Assembly: GCA_021736305.1 (NCBI GenBank)
Contig: JAIPGD010000003.1
Coordinates: 4,306 to 68,305, forward strand
DNA length: 64,000 bases
Source of the DNA: Candidatus Izemoplasma sp.
Lineage (GTDB): Bacteria > Bacillota_I > Bacilli_A > Izemoplasmatales > Hujiaoplasmataceae
Reading direction: 5' to 3'
The translations under genes and the position numbers were made by a program. Shown here piece by piece: positions 1-10,107 of the stretch. Position 1 is the first letter of the stretch. Each line of letters opens with the position of its first letter. Below the pieces are notes generated by a model, which was given only the letters and a program-made list of their open reading frames with translations, had not been told where the DNA came from and made no database searches.

Positions 1-424
1 CTTTTTTTTCTAAAACTCTTAACAAAGGCGTTGTTTTTCTAGTATCCAAAATTTCTGTTTTATAACCTTTTGTTTGATCAACAAACTTTCTTGTCATTGA
101 AGCAATCCCGGACATCCTTTGTAGAAAGTTTAAACCAACTCTTTCAGCTATTAAAATTGATTTGGTAGATCCTTTAACAGTTGCTATTATATCGCCTTTT
201 CTTACTTTATCTCCGTCATTTTTGATTATTGCAAATTCAGTTGTACTATCAACTTCTAAAAAAACTGCTTTACAAATGCTGATACCTGATATAATTCCAT
301 CTTCTTTTGCAATAAAGTCACCTTGAGACAATTCGTTAGTAAATAAGTATTCACTTGATACATCAATAGAAGGTATATCTTCTTTTAAAGCTTGTTTTAT
401 TATTCTTTGGATATCCTTATCCAT
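1..424 (-). CDS. nadC: nicotinate-nucleotide pyrophosphorylase (quinolinate phosphoribosyltransferase), N-terminal part; gene runs off the left edge
   Basis: Not in the ORF track because it is truncated. Minus-strand translation from ATG at 424 gives MDKDIQRIIKQALKEDIPSIDVSS...GLNFLQRMSGIASMTRKF...ILDTRKTTPLLRVLEKK. The ALxED, LNFLQRxSGIA and DTRKTTP motifs are NadC hallmarks. Its ATG overlaps the stop of the upstream ORF (ATGGATAA). Confidence 0.8.
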   Translation of the reverse strand, partial: MDKDIQRIIKQALKEDIPSIDVSSEYLFTNELSQGDFIAKEDGIISGISICKAVFLEVDSTTEFAIIKNDGDKVRKGDIIATVKGSTKSILIAERVGLNFLQRMSGIASMTRKFVDQTKGYKTEILDTRKTTPLLRVLEKK

Positions 425-1499
425 CTTTCTCACCTAAATTTAATTTCATTTGGCCTTTATAATCTTCATTTTCAATAATTTTTACCCATTTTGCTTTTCT
501 GCCTTTACCTAAAGCTCTGATAATATTATCTTCTTGCATTCGCTTTAGAGTTCTATTAATCGTTGAATCACTTATTAAAGGATGTTTCTTTCTAATATCA
601 TTTTTAGAAAAAGTTTTTGGCATTTTTAATATAGTATTTTCAATATAATCAGACTTAGATATACTTAAATTTTCATCATATTCATAATCTCTCGCTAAAG
701 ACGCTAAATCATCATACATTTGTTGATAAATTTTTATGAAAAATTTTGTCAAAGGCATTACTTCAGCCAAGCCTTCATCCCATTGATAACTTGATTTATG
801 TAATAACTTAATGTATTCTTCCTTTTCAAAAACTAATTTCCCAAAAAAACTAATAAAATGGCTAACTTTTAAATCGTGTTCAAGCATAATTATATAGAAA
901 ATTAAAGATCCTACCAAATCATTATAATTAAAATCAAACACTTTCATGTTAATAAAATCAATCAAGAAGTTAACATATAAGAAAATAGGTTCAAATTGAT
1001 TAGATTCAATAAGTTTGTTTACCTCTGTTAAATACTTTTCAAACACCTCACGCATAGATTTAATATCAGTATTAAAGAATGATTTTTTCTGTGTGATTCT
1101 ACGATATTTTGGCGTTTCTATTATGTCTTTAAAAAGCAAACCTATAAGTCCTCTTATCTCAGCCAGTTCGAGATTAAATTTATCATAACTTTGATAATGG
1201 ATTCTTCTAAAAATCTGCAAAATATTTTTATATAATTGTTCAGATTTATTATTAGGAGTAGCTGAATCTAAAGCTAAACTATCAAATCTACTTCTTGAAA
1301 TAGTTTTAAAGTCATCAACAAATAATTGATAAAAATAACGCGCATTATCTTCGGCAGTTTTTCGCTTATAAAAATCTAAACTTTTTGTAAAAAACCCTTG
1401 ATAATATTCGTTTTTACCAATTTCTTTATATAATTTTGTCGTTTTTAAAAATACATCATGTGGAATTGCAGTTCGTTCAATTGTTTTTATACAATTCAT
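417..1499 (-). CDS. hypothetical protein with C-terminal winged-helix domain; possibly a degenerate (His-less) Fic-fold protein
   Basis: 360-aa ORF. The C-terminal ISDSTINRTLKRMQEDNIIRALGKGRKAKWVKI resembles the wHTH that follows many Fic domains. Where HPFxxGNGRxxR would lie, the sequence is KVFDFNYNDLVGSLIF. A GGGGGA RBS sits about 5 nt upstream of the ATG. This is an architecture-level guess, not a search result. Confidence 0.35.
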   Translation of the reverse strand: MNCIKTIERTAIPHDVFLKTTKLYKEIGKNEYYQGFFTKSLDFYKRKTAEDNARYFYQLFVDDFKTISRSRFDSLALDSATPNNKSEQLYKNILQIFRRIHYQSYDKFNLELAEIRGLIGLLFKDIIETPKYRRITQKKSFFNTDIKSMREVFEKYLTEVNKLIESNQFEPIFLYVNFLIDFINMKVFDFNYNDLVGSLIFYIIMLEHDLKVSHFISFFGKLVFEKEEYIKLLHKSSYQWDEGLAEVMPLTKFFIKIYQQMYDDLASLARDYEYDENLSISKSDYIENTILKMPKTFSKNDIRKKHPLISDSTINRTLKRMQEDNIIRALGKGRKAKWVKIIENEDYKGQMKLNLGEKDG

Positions 1500-1511
1500 T
1501 CATTTCCCCCA

Positions 1512-2759
1512 CTATTCATTTAAAAGTACTGATTTTATTAAATTAATAAATTCAGTATCAAAATCAGAAAAGGCATCAATATAAAATTGATTATTAATTA
1601 GTTCAGAATACAAAACTTCAGTTCCTTGCAAGTTAATAGTTAATGGTGTAGTTTGATTGGTAAAATAATAATAGCTACCATCAATAGTGGATTCATATAA
1701 TCTTCCTACTATCGAAGATAAGTAATAATCATTTGCTGATATGTTTAGAACTGAATTTATAGCTAAATTCTTTTGTATATCTTCAACCCAATTTTCACCG
1801 ATTAATAAACCCATATTAAAGGTATCAGATGTTAAAGTTATATCACTAGTTACAAAATTATTAATAACAGAAACATTTTGATTATATCCAATTAATCCTC
1901 CAAGTGAAACCGCAACATTTGATAAAACATCCATATTTGCACTTACAATATTTTCATACACTAATTCTTTGTTTACAGAGAGTGTCTCTTCAATTGTTTC
2001 AACATCATACAAAAAATTATGTCCAATTAATCCTCCAACAAAAGCTGTTGAATTAGCTTCAGCTATAGAAATGCTTAACTCATCAACAAGATTTTGTTCA
2101 ATAATTATATTATATGTTTTGCCTATCAAGCCACCAACATAAATAATATCTTCAGCTTCAATATTTATATTTCCAGTAGCAAAATTATTCGATATTTTTT
2201 TGGGGCGAAATTCTTTTGCAATAACTAAATCATCTAATTTAGTTTCCGCACTTCCAACTAAAAGCCCTGCATATAAACTTGAATTTGAAGAAATAATGTC
2301 AATATTTCCTTCAACGTTTACATTTCTAATATTCCCAGAACTAAAACCAGCAACTGCACCAACATTTGCCAAAAAATCAGTTGTAAAATTAATCGTAAAA
2401 TTTTCTATGTTTAGATCTTCAACATTCCCTGTTATATTGCCAAATAAGCCATTATATCCATCGTTATTTTCAGTTATTTGTAAATTAGCTATAGTATAGC
2501 CATTTCCCCGAAAGTTGCCTCTATAAGGCTTTTGGTATGTACCAATTGGAATCCATTCTTGAAAATCCAAATCTAAATCGTTATCTAATTCATATGATTT
2601 ATTTACGTCTATATTTTTTAGTTCTTCAACTGTAGTAATTTTAATATAATTACTAAGATCAACACCTATCGTTGTTTCTGTTTCACCTGATTCTAAAAAA
2701 TTACAACCAGTTAATATAATTAGACTAAATAATATTGTTAATGTTATTATTTTTTTCAT
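1512..2759 (-). CDS. GLUG-repeat surface lipoprotein
   Basis: Signal peptide MKKIITLTILFSLIILTG|C with a lipobox. Repeated VGGLIG, LGGLIG, AGLLVG and MGLLIG motifs match GLUG-type repeats. The start is moved from the track's 2771 to ATG 2759, which has a GAGGG RBS upstream. Confidence 0.6.
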   Translation of the reverse strand: MKKIITLTILFSLIILTGCNFLESGETETTIGVDLSNYIKITTVEELKNIDVNKSYELDNDLDLDFQEWIPIGTYQKPYRGNFRGNGYTIANLQITENNDGYNGLFGNITGNVEDLNIENFTINFTTDFLANVGAVAGFSSGNIRNVNVEGNIDIISSNSSLYAGLLVGSAETKLDDLVIAKEFRPKKISNNFATGNINIEAEDIIYVGGLIGKTYNIIIEQNLVDELSISIAEANSTAFVGGLIGHNFLYDVETIEETLSVNKELVYENIVSANMDVLSNVAVSLGGLIGYNQNVSVINNFVTSDITLTSDTFNMGLLIGENWVEDIQKNLAINSVLNISANDYYLSSIVGRLYESTIDGSYYYFTNQTTPLTINLQGTEVLYSELINNQFYIDAFSDFDTEFINLIKSVLLNE

Positions 2760-2770
2760 AAATACCCTCA

Positions 2771-5416
2771 TTAGAATAACCTTTGTTGAATAATGTCATC
2801 ATCTTCATCATCTTCATCCTCTTCTTCTTCATTATTCTCAAAATCATTTTCCTCTTCAAAGTCATCTGATTGTGAAGTTGAAATGATTTTCTCAAGTTCA
2901 TTAATCACATCTTCACCATTATCATCTTCTTGTTCTTCTGTTTGATCAATCAAACCACTTAAAATTTCTATTGTTTCTTCATAATTATGTTTATCTATCA
3001 TAATTAATTTTGGCCGATCTTTCTTATTAAAATATGGAATACCATTTTCATAACGATCTGGCTTGATATCATCTCCTGGAATGGATATAGTTTTTTCTTC
3101 ACCAATTAGACGAATATTTATATACTCTCTAAGCCTAAAAATATTTTCAGCATTCATTGAAACAACCATATAAGGATTTGATTTTATTTTTTTAAAATAG
3201 CGTTTCCCTTTTGCAGGTCGATGTGAAGTGTCTATATTTGTAGTAAACTCTCTTTTTAAGCCACCGCGATTGGTTAAAATCAACAATTCATCTTTATTTA
3301 TATTTGTCGTATATTTTGCGCCAACCAGTTTATCTTTCCTTAAATTAATTCCTTTTACACCCTTAGCCATCAATGATTGAATAGGTACTTCTTCTAAATC
3401 ATATTTTACAACATAACCATTCATGCTAACTAAAGTCACTGAAGAATCATAAGGTTCTTCTAAATCAACTGAAACTAAATGATTTATCGCTGAAGCTACT
3501 AAAACATTAAATGTTTTATTAATTCTTGTTTTAGCAAATTCTTCTAAACACACTCTTTTAATTTGCCCTTCTTGATTAGCGACTAAAATATTTCGAGAAT
3601 TATCAAAATCATCAATTACTAAATAATCAATCACTCTTTCTTTAGGTAATAAGGGCGCATAATTACCAATATATTCTCCTAAATCTTTCCATTTAGCATC
3701 AACAATTTTATGTACAGGTAAATTAATAAAGTTACCAAAATCAGTAAATAACAAGAGAGTATCTCTAGTGTTAACTTCTGATTGTTTTAATATTTGATCT
3801 TTATCTTTTAAACCAGTTGATCCTTGAGTTGCTTGATAGGATTTTAATGATGAACGTTTAATATAACCATCACGAGAAATGATTACCATAACATTTTCGT
3901 TTTCAATTAATTCTTGTTCATCTATTTCAATTTTTTTAATTTCATTTTTAATTACTGTTTTTCGTGGTGACGGATATTTTTCAATTAACTCAGTTATTTC
4001 ATCAATAATCACTTTTTCTAACTCATTTTCGTTATTTAATATTTTAGTTAAACTTTTGATGACTTTACTTAGTCTTAAAGACTCTTCCTTCATTTCGGTT
4101 ACATCAGTTGAAGACAAACGATACAACCTTAAAGAAACAATAGCATCTGCTTGTTCTTGAGTAAAATTGAATTTGTCAACAAGCTTATCTTGAGCATCTT
4201 TTTTTCCAGATGAAGCTCTAATTATTTTAATAACATCGTCTAAAACTGATAACATTTTTAAAAAGCCTAAAACAATATGTTTACGCTTTTCATACCGATG
4301 TAATTCAAAATTTGAACGGTTTCTTATAACTTCTTTTTGATGCAAAATATATTCAGATAAAATTTCATCTAAAGATAACAATCTAGGACTTCTTTGACTA
4401 ATTGCGACCATATTATAATTATAGTTTTTAGATAAATCTGTATTTTTATATAAATAAGCTAATATCACATCAGAAGCAATTTCTTTTTTAATTTTAATTT
4501 CTATACGAATTCCTTCGCGGTCTGAAATATCATTAATTTCCTTGATTCCATCAATTTTTTTCTTTAAACTAATATCATTGATTTTTCTAACTAAATCTGC
4601 CTTATTTACATCGTAAGGTAATTCAGTAATAATTAATGATGTATCATTAATTTCAACCTTTGCTTTTACAACGATTTTTCCCTTACCGGTTTTAAAAGCT
4701 TTCTCAATTTGATCTACACCTTCAACTATTCCACCGGTTGGAAAATCAGGCCCTTTAATAAATTTTAATAAGTCACTTAAAGTTGCTTCTTTATTTTCTA
4801 ACTTGTATATAACTGCCTTTAACACTTCGGTAAAGTTATGCGGTGGAATACTAGTTGCATATCCAGTAGCCATACCACTTCCACCATTAACTAACAAATT
4901 AGGAAATTTAGCTGGTAACACAACTGGTTCTAATTCATAATCATCAAAATTAGGTATAAAATTAACGGTTTTTTTATCTATATCTTTTAATAACGCTTCA
5001 GAAAAAACAGTCAACCTTGCTTCAGTATATCTCATAGCAGCAGCTGGATCATTATCAACTGAACCATTATTTCCATGCATATCAATTAACAAATTCCGCA
5101 TTTTCCAACTTTGCGACATTCTTACCATAGCTTCATAAACGCTTGAATCTCCATGAGGATGATATTTTCCAATTACCTCTCCTACTATTCTCGCTGATTT
5201 CTTAAAAGCTTTATCAGAGCCCATACCTAATTCATTCATTGCAAATAAAATTCTTCTTTGAACAGGTTTCAATCCATCTCTAACGTCTGGTAATGCTCTA
5301 TCTTGAATAATGTACTTCGAATAGCGACCAAATCTTTCACCAACAATATCTTCAAGATTCATAGGGATAATATTTTCAATATATTCATCAAGTTTTTTCT
5401 TAAGTGATTTTGCCAT
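2771..5416 (-). CDS. parC: DNA topoisomerase IV subunit A, with an unusually long acidic C-terminal tail
   Basis: [34 protein letters not shown] is the ParC-type N-terminus (GyrA has SYLDYAMSVI). The start overlaps the parE stop (TAATG), with a GAGGAGGA RBS. The last ~70 aa are D/E-rich. Confidence 0.85.
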   Translation of the reverse strand: MAKSLKKKLDEYIENIIPMNLEDIVGERFGRYSKYIIQDRALPDVRDGLKPVQRRILFAMNELGMGSDKAFKKSARIVGEVIGKYHPHGDSSVYEAMVRMSQSWKMRNLLIDMHGNNGSVDNDPAAAMRYTEARLTVFSEALLKDIDKKTVNFIPNFDDYELEPVVLPAKFPNLLVNGGSGMATGYATSIPPHNFTEVLKAVIYKLENKEATLSDLLKFIKGPDFPTGGIVEGVDQIEKAFKTGKGKIVVKAKVEINDTSLIITELPYDVNKADLVRKINDISLKKKIDGIKEINDISDREGIRIEIKIKKEIASDVILAYLYKNTDLSKNYNYNMVAISQRSPRLLSLDEILSEYILHQKEVIRNRSNFELHRYEKRKHIVLGFLKMLSVLDDVIKIIRASSGKKDAQDKLVDKFNFTQEQADAIVSLRLYRLSSTDVTEMKEESLRLSKVIKSLTKILNNENELEKVIIDEITELIEKYPSPRKTVIKNEIKKIEIDEQELIENENVMVIISRDGYIKRSSLKSYQATQGSTGLKDKDQILKQSEVNTRDTLLLFTDFGNFINLPVHKIVDAKWKDLGEYIGNYAPLLPKERVIDYLVIDDFDNSRNILVANQEGQIKRVCLEEFAKTRINKTFNVLVASAINHLVSVDLEEPYDSSVTLVSMNGYVVKYDLEEVPIQSLMAKGVKGINLRKDKLVGAKYTTNINKDELLILTNRGGLKREFTTNIDTSHRPAKGKRYFKKIKSNPYMVVSMNAENIFRLREYINIRLIGEEKTISIPGDDIKPDRYENGIPYFNKKDRPKLIMIDKHNYEETIEILSGLIDQTEEQEDDNGEDVINELEKIISTSQSDDFEEENDFENNEEEEDEDDEDDDIIQQRLF

Positions 5417-7350
5417 TAATTATCCTCCTCAATAACGAAGTCATCTTCATTAGCAAAAGAAACGTAGTTATCAATCCACTCTTTTCTAGGTTCAACTTTA
5501 TCGCCCATAAGAATTGATATACGTTGATCGGCTTCTGCTAAACTATCAATCTTCACTTGAATTAATGATCTCGTTTTAGGATCCATAGTTGTTTCCCATA
5601 ATTGACTTGAATTCATTTCTCCAAGACCTTTATATCTTTGAATAGAATATTTCTGATATTTTTTTGCAATTCTTTCTCGATCTTCTTCAGTCCATGCATA
5701 CTGATATTTTTTGCCTGCATTCGCAGAAATTTTATATAATGGTGGTAAAGCAATATAAAGCTTACCTTCTTCTATAAGCTCAGGCATATATCTAAAAAAG
5801 AATGTTATTAATAACACTTGAATGTGAGCGCCATCGGTATCTGCATCAGTCATAATGATAACTTTATTATAGTTTGATTTCTTTACTTTAAAATCACTGC
5901 CAATACCAGCACCAATAGTTGATATAATTGTTGAAATTTCTTCATTTTTAAATACATCTTCCATCTTTTGTTTTTCTGCATTAATAACCTTACCTCTTAA
6001 CGGTAATATTGCTTGAAATTTTCGATCTCTACCTTGTTTAGCTGAACCACCAGCTGAATCTCCCTCAACTAAAAACAGTTCATTAATTGAAGAATCTTTA
6101 GAACTTGCAGGAGCTAATTTTCCAGATAATATTGTATCTTTCTTTTTAATCTTTTTAACTAACCTTGCATCTTCTCTAGCTTTTCTAGCTGCTTCCCAAG
6201 CGTTTCTTGCTTTAACAGCTTTAGAAACAAGCAATTGTGATACTTGTGGGTTTTCAGTTAAATAGGTGTTAAGTCTTTCTGTGACCATTGTTTCAAGTGC
6301 GGGTCTAGCCTCTGCAGTACCTAATTTATTTTTAGTTTGTCCTTCAAATTGTAACAAGTTTTCAGGGATTCTTATCGATATTATTGCGGTTAACCCTTCT
6401 CTAACATGTGTCCCTTCTAATGATGAATCTCTTTCCTTTATTAAATTCATTTTTCTGCCATATTCATTAAAACTTTTGGTAAACGCAGATTTAAATCCTG
6501 TTTCATGAGTTCCGCCATCTTTGGTTCTTACATTATTTACAAAAGAAATAATATTTTCAGAGTAAGCTTTTGTATATTGAAAAGCAACTTCAATCTCTAT
6601 ATCATTTGCTTCACCTTGAAAATATACGGGTTTATTTAATACAGCTTTTCCTTTATTAACATAAGAAGCATATTCTTGAATACCTTTTTCAAATTTAAAA
6701 ATTTGTTTATCTTTTGTTCTATGATCGACAACTTCCATTTTTAAACCTTTAATTAAAAAGGCATTTTCTCTAACTCTTTCTTCTACCATTTTATAATTAA
6801 ATAAAGTCGTAGAAAAAATTGTTTGGTCAGGTTTAAACCAAACTTCAGTTCCGCTTTTCTTTGTATTTCCAACTTCGGTAAGTGACTTAACAGGCTTTCC
6901 ACCATTTTCGAAGCGCATTTCATAAACTTTATTGTCACGATAAACCTTTACTTCTAAAAACTCTGAAAGTGCATTTACAACTGATGCACCAACTCCATGA
7001 AGTCCTCCAGCGACTTTATAAGCACCATCAGCTGAAAATTTACCTCCAGCGTGTAATTTTGTAAAGATTAATTCTACACCGGTCAAACCCGAATCATGCA
7101 TATCAACCGGCATGCCTCTACCATCATCGGTAACAGTAATTGAATTATCTTCATTTATTTCAACTTTTATATAACTTCCAAAACCTGCTAATGCTTCATC
7201 AATTGAGTTATCAATTATTTCCCAAACTAAATGATGTAGTCCTCTCGTATCAGTAGATCCAATATACATTGCTGGTCTTTTTCTAACAGCTTCTAAACCT
7301 TCTAATATTTGTAATGATTTTGCATCATATTTAATTGTTTTTGCGCTCAT
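5416..7350 (-). CDS. parE: DNA topoisomerase IV subunit B
   Basis: [38 protein letters not shown] (GHKL ATPase) and a Toprim [11 protein letters not shown]...DADTDGAHI region. It is paired with parC. The start is set at the second ATG (7350), 8 nt after AAGGAG. Confidence 0.85.
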   Translation of the reverse strand: MSAKTIKYDAKSLQILEGLEAVRKRPAMYIGSTDTRGLHHLVWEIIDNSIDEALAGFGSYIKVEINEDNSITVTDDGRGMPVDMHDSGLTGVELIFTKLHAGGKFSADGAYKVAGGLHGVGASVVNALSEFLEVKVYRDNKVYEMRFENGGKPVKSLTEVGNTKKSGTEVWFKPDQTIFSTTLFNYKMVEERVRENAFLIKGLKMEVVDHRTKDKQIFKFEKGIQEYASYVNKGKAVLNKPVYFQGEANDIEIEVAFQYTKAYSENIISFVNNVRTKDGGTHETGFKSAFTKSFNEYGRKMNLIKERDSSLEGTHVREGLTAIISIRIPENLLQFEGQTKNKLGTAEARPALETMVTERLNTYLTENPQVSQLLVSKAVKARNAWEAARKAREDARLVKKIKKKDTILSGKLAPASSKDSSINELFLVEGDSAGGSAKQGRDRKFQAILPLRGKVINAEKQKMEDVFKNEEISTIISTIGAGIGSDFKVKKSNYNKVIIMTDADTDGAHIQVLLITFFFRYMPELIEEGKLYIALPPLYKISANAGKKYQYAWTEEDRERIAKKYQKYSIQRYKGLGEMNSSQLWETTMDPKTRSLIQVKIDSLAEADQRISILMGDKVEPRKEWIDNYVSFANEDDFVIEEDN

Positions 7351-7426
7351 ATGCATTACTCCTTTTTGTCTTACCCTTTATTATATCAAATTTTACTAAT
7401 TATTTCTTTCTTTTTCTGCAAATTTT

Positions 7427-7435
7427 TGGTATAAT
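7427..7435 (+). promoter_or_regulatory. plsY extended -10 promoter element
   Basis: TGGTATAAT (TGnTATAAT), 26 nt upstream of the plsY ATG, in the divergent parE/plsY intergenic region. Confidence 0.65.
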
Positions 7436-7460
7436 TTAAATCAATCTAGCGAGGTAAATT

Positions 7461-8108
7461 ATGGAATTTCTATTCATTGTATTAGCATACGTTATTGGGG
7501 CTATTCCTTTTTCCTATTTATTTGGGAAAAAATTCAAAAACACAGATTTAAGAAAGCATGGAAGTGGAAATCTTGGAACAACTAACGCTTTCAGAGTTCT
7601 TGGTAAAACTATCGGGATTTTTGTATTAATTTTAGATATAACAAAAAGCGGACTTTTAGTTCTTATTATTAAACATAACCCTTCAATATTAGGGGTTGAA
7701 ATGTTACATCCATTATACTATGGTTTAGCATCAGTGGTTGGACATATTTTCCCATTATGGATGAAATTTAAAGGCGGAAAAGGTGTTGCTTCAAGTTTTG
7801 GTTTATTAATTGCATATGCGCCATTCGTTGGTATTGGACTTTTACCATTTTTCCTTCTTGTTATATATTTAACAAAATATGTATCTATAGCTTCAACTTC
7901 GACAGCTATAATGACTTTAATAACTGTCACAATTTTAAACCTAACAATTGGACCACCGCAATATGATTTACCTTTAGTAACAGTTACTACAATAGTTACT
8001 ATATTAATTTTTTATCGACATAAAGATAATTTTATAAAAATTTTAAATGGCAATGAAAATAAAACATATCTTTTCAAAGATAAAATCAAAAACAAATTAA
8101 AAAAATAA
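7461..8108 (+). CDS. plsY: glycerol-3-phosphate acyltransferase PlsY
   Basis: GSGNLGTTNAFRVLGK and KGGKGVA motifs in a multi-pass membrane protein. It is adjacent to parE, as in B. subtilis. Confidence 0.9.
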   Translation: MEFLFIVLAYVIGAIPFSYLFGKKFKNTDLRKHGSGNLGTTNAFRVLGKTIGIFVLILDITKSGLLVLIIKHNPSILGVEMLHPLYYGLASVVGHIFPLWMKFKGGKGVASSFGLLIAYAPFVGIGLLPFFLLVIYLTKYVSIASTSTAIMTLITVTILNLTIGPPQYDLPLVTVTTIVTILIFYRHKDNFIKILNGNENKTYLFKDKIKNKLKK

Positions 8109-8140
8109 TGGTCCCCAGATTCTATGGAGACCATTTTTTT
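8108..8140. terminator. bidirectional rho-independent terminator (plsY / yneF)
   Basis: Hairpin ATGGTCCCC...GGAGACCAT followed by T7. A-rich on the other side. Confidence 0.75.
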
Positions 8141-8357
8141 ATTGATTTTGTTTCATTGATGCCATAACTTGTCTAACTTGTTTTTCAGAAGGTTTTCTTC
8201 CCATCTGTGACATCATTGCTCTAATCATTTTTTCATTAATTGGTGGGTTTTTATCCAAATAGCTTTTAAAATACTTTCTTGATAAAAAGAACCCAACAAT
8301 TAAGCCTATAATTAAAGCCCCAACTATTAATACGATTTCTAACCAAAGTTCCATCAT
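8139..8357 (-). CDS. yneF: UPF0154 small membrane protein (YneF family)
   Basis: [60 protein letters not shown] closely parallels B. subtilis YneF. The start is set at the ATG 8 nt after AAGGAG; the track's GTG start lies inside the RBS. Confidence 0.85.
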   Translation of the reverse strand: MMELWLEIVLIVGALIIGLIVGFFLSRKYFKSYLDKNPPINEKMIRAMMSQMGRKPSEKQVRQVMASMKQNQ

Positions 8358-8448
8358 AATTATCACTCCTTTTAAAACTCATACTAATTGTATCAAATAA
8401 ACTTATAATATTCAAGTTTAATAATATCTAAAATTTTTAATTTTCTTA

Positions 8449-8477
8449 TTTACAAAAGCAATAAAGATTGTTAGAAT
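8449..8477 (+). promoter_or_regulatory. ferredoxin gene promoter
   Basis: TTTACA - 17 nt - TAGAAT, about 38 nt upstream of ATG 8516. Confidence 0.6.
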
Positions 8478-8515
8478 ATACCTGTTAATATTTCTTTTAG
8501 GGAGGATATAAAAAT

Positions 8516-8683
8516 ATGCCAAGATTTATATTAGATACATGTATCGCATGTGGTACATGTAAAGAAAATTGTCCAGTTGATTGCATTGAAGAAGGCGAAA
8601 TCTATGTAATTGATGAAGATGCTTGTATTGATTGTGGAGTTTGTGAAACAAATTGTCCAGTTGATTGCATTATTACAAAATAA
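8516..8683 (+). CDS. 2x[4Fe-4S] clostridial-type ferredoxin (55 aa)
   Basis: Missing from the ORF track because it is under 60 aa. Translation: MPRFILDTCIACGTCKENCPVDCIEEGEIYVIDEDACIDCGVCETNCPVDCIITK, with two CxxCxxCxxxCP motifs. A GGAGG RBS lies at 8501-8505 and a hairpin terminator follows. Confidence 0.9.
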   Translation: MPRFILDTCIACGTCKENCPVDCIEEGEIYVIDEDACIDCGVCETNCPVDCIITK

Positions 8684-8696
8684 TATTCATTTAAAA

Positions 8697-8721
8697 ATAG
8701 CGGAAATCCGCTATTTTTTTT
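8697..8721. terminator. bidirectional terminator (ferredoxin / marR)
   Basis: ATAGCGG-AAAT-CCGCTAT followed by T8, with A5 on the other side. Confidence 0.8.
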
Positions 8722-9208
8722 ATCTATTAAAGAAAGAAGATAAATTTCTTAATGAATCAATTAATACTTGATCTTCACCAACATTTAATTCTTTAAACAC
8801 AGCATCAATCATTTGTTCATGGAATGCTTCATGTTTTTTTAAGACTTCATGACTTAACTCAGTTAATTTAATAATAACTTTTCTCCGGTCATCTTCATCT
8901 CTTTCTCTTGTTACATACTTCTTTTGATATAAAGTATTTATTGCCGTAGTTAAAGAACCTACAGTAATATGTAGTTTCTTTGCGATATTAGACATACTGG
9001 TCTCATCAACCTTCTCGATAGCTTCTAACACGTGGATTTCGTTCATCGATAATTTAACATTTTGTTTTTTCATGGATTCAGCTTCGATAATCAATATCCG
9101 ATTAAAAATGTCAACAAGTAACTCATTTACAATACTTTTAGCTTCTGATACACTACTTTTCAATATAACCCACTCCCATTGTTCCTGGTCCGGCATGTGT
9201 TCCAACAA
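8720..9208 (-). CDS. MarR-family transcriptional regulator
   Basis: wHTH segment MNEIHVLEAIEK...MSNIAKKLHITVGSLTTAINTLYQKKYVTRERDEDDRRKV. The true start is probably the TTG at 9163 (GGAG RBS upstream), which shrinks the 56-nt overlap with degV to about 11 nt. Confidence 0.75.
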   Translation of the reverse strand: MLEHMPDQEQWEWVILKSSVSEAKSIVNELLVDIFNRILIIEAESMKKQNVKLSMNEIHVLEAIEKVDETSMSNIAKKLHITVGSLTTAINTLYQKKYVTRERDEDDRRKVIIKLTELSHEVLKKHEAFHEQMIDAVFKELNVGEDQVLIDSLRNLSSFFNR

Positions 9209-9998
9209 CCGGAGTAAGAGGAACTAATAAAATATCTTTAACACCATTTTCTTCTAATTCTTTTTTGAATTCTTCCATTTCTAGCTTGTTATTTGTATAA
9301 ACTACAAATGTAATAACATCTTTATCTTTTATTTCTTCAATTAAGCGCTCAACTAAAACTTTTCTTGCTTTTTTAGTTGTTCTAATCTTAGTAACAGTTT
9401 TTACTTTTCCATCATCAGTTACTTCTAACAAAGGTTTTAATTTTAATAAAGAACCAATTGCCCCAGCAACATTTGATAAGCGTCCACTTTTTACTAAATA
9501 CTTCAAGGTATCTACAGTCACATATATATGATTGTTATCTCTTATTCTCTCTAACTCAGTTAAAATATCTTCAGCACTTTTACCTGCATCAGCCATTGAT
9601 TGAGCAGTTAGAGCCATATATGCTTCAACGTAACTAACTGACAATGAATCAAAAATTCTTATATCCATTTCAATCATTTTACTTGCTAATACAGCATTTT
9701 GATATGTTCCACTTAATTCTTTAGAAATTGTTATAACAATTAATGTTTCGTAACCGCTTGCTTTCATTTCTTCATACATTTCTAAAATCTTACCAGTACT
9801 TGTTTGTGCAGTTGAGGTATTTAAATCAGGGTTATCTTTTATACGTTTATAAAATTCATCACTACTTATCTCAACATAGTCTTCATATTGTTCTTGATCA
9901 ATAAAAAGAACAGAACGGAAGATTCTAATCGCTGAATCTCTATCTAAATAATCAATTCCTGAATTGCCACATACTGCTACACCAATTTTATTCATCAT
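9153..9998 (-). CDS. DegV-family fatty-acid-binding protein
   Basis: MMNKIGVAVCGNSGIDYL..., ISKELSGTYQNA and GTHAGPGTMGVGY are typical DegV features. The start is set at the ATG after the AAAGGA RBS. Confidence 0.8.
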   Translation of the reverse strand: MMNKIGVAVCGNSGIDYLDRDSAIRIFRSVLFIDQEQYEDYVEISSDEFYKRIKDNPDLNTSTAQTSTGKILEMYEEMKASGYETLIVITISKELSGTYQNAVLASKMIEMDIRIFDSLSVSYVEAYMALTAQSMADAGKSAEDILTELERIRDNNHIYVTVDTLKYLVKSGRLSNVAGAIGSLLKLKPLLEVTDDGKVKTVTKIRTTKKARKVLVERLIEEIKDKDVITFVVYTNNKLEMEEFKKELEENGVKDILLVPLTPVVGTHAGPGTMGVGYIEK

Positions 9999-10075
9999 TA
10001 CCATCCTTTGAGTTTCAAATATTTTGAATTTCAAAACATATGATAACATAAGTATAAAATTTATACAAGATAAAA

Positions 10076-10101
10076 AAGCAACTAAACTGAATTAGTTGCT
10101 T
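10076..10101 (-). terminator. terminator after the nif3-like gene
   Basis: Minus strand: AAGCAACTAA-loop-TTAGTTGCTT followed by TTTTAT. Confidence 0.75.
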
Positions 10102-10107
10102 AAGTAC

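Noticed and set aside
2200-7930. Track ORFs 2200-2499(+), 3879-4160(+), 6266-6508(+), 7718-7930(-)
   Set aside because: They are fully nested antisense to strongly supported genes (the lipoprotein, parC, parE, plsY). Their composition is the low-complexity F/S/I/L-rich pattern typical of reverse-frame reads of AT-rich genes. They have no RBS.
9153-9208. 56-nt overlap between the MarR ORF and degV, as a possible frameshift or fusion
   Set aside because: It is explained by an over-extended ORF call. A TTG at 9163 with a GGAG RBS gives a normal ~11-nt overlap, and the MarR domain is complete downstream.
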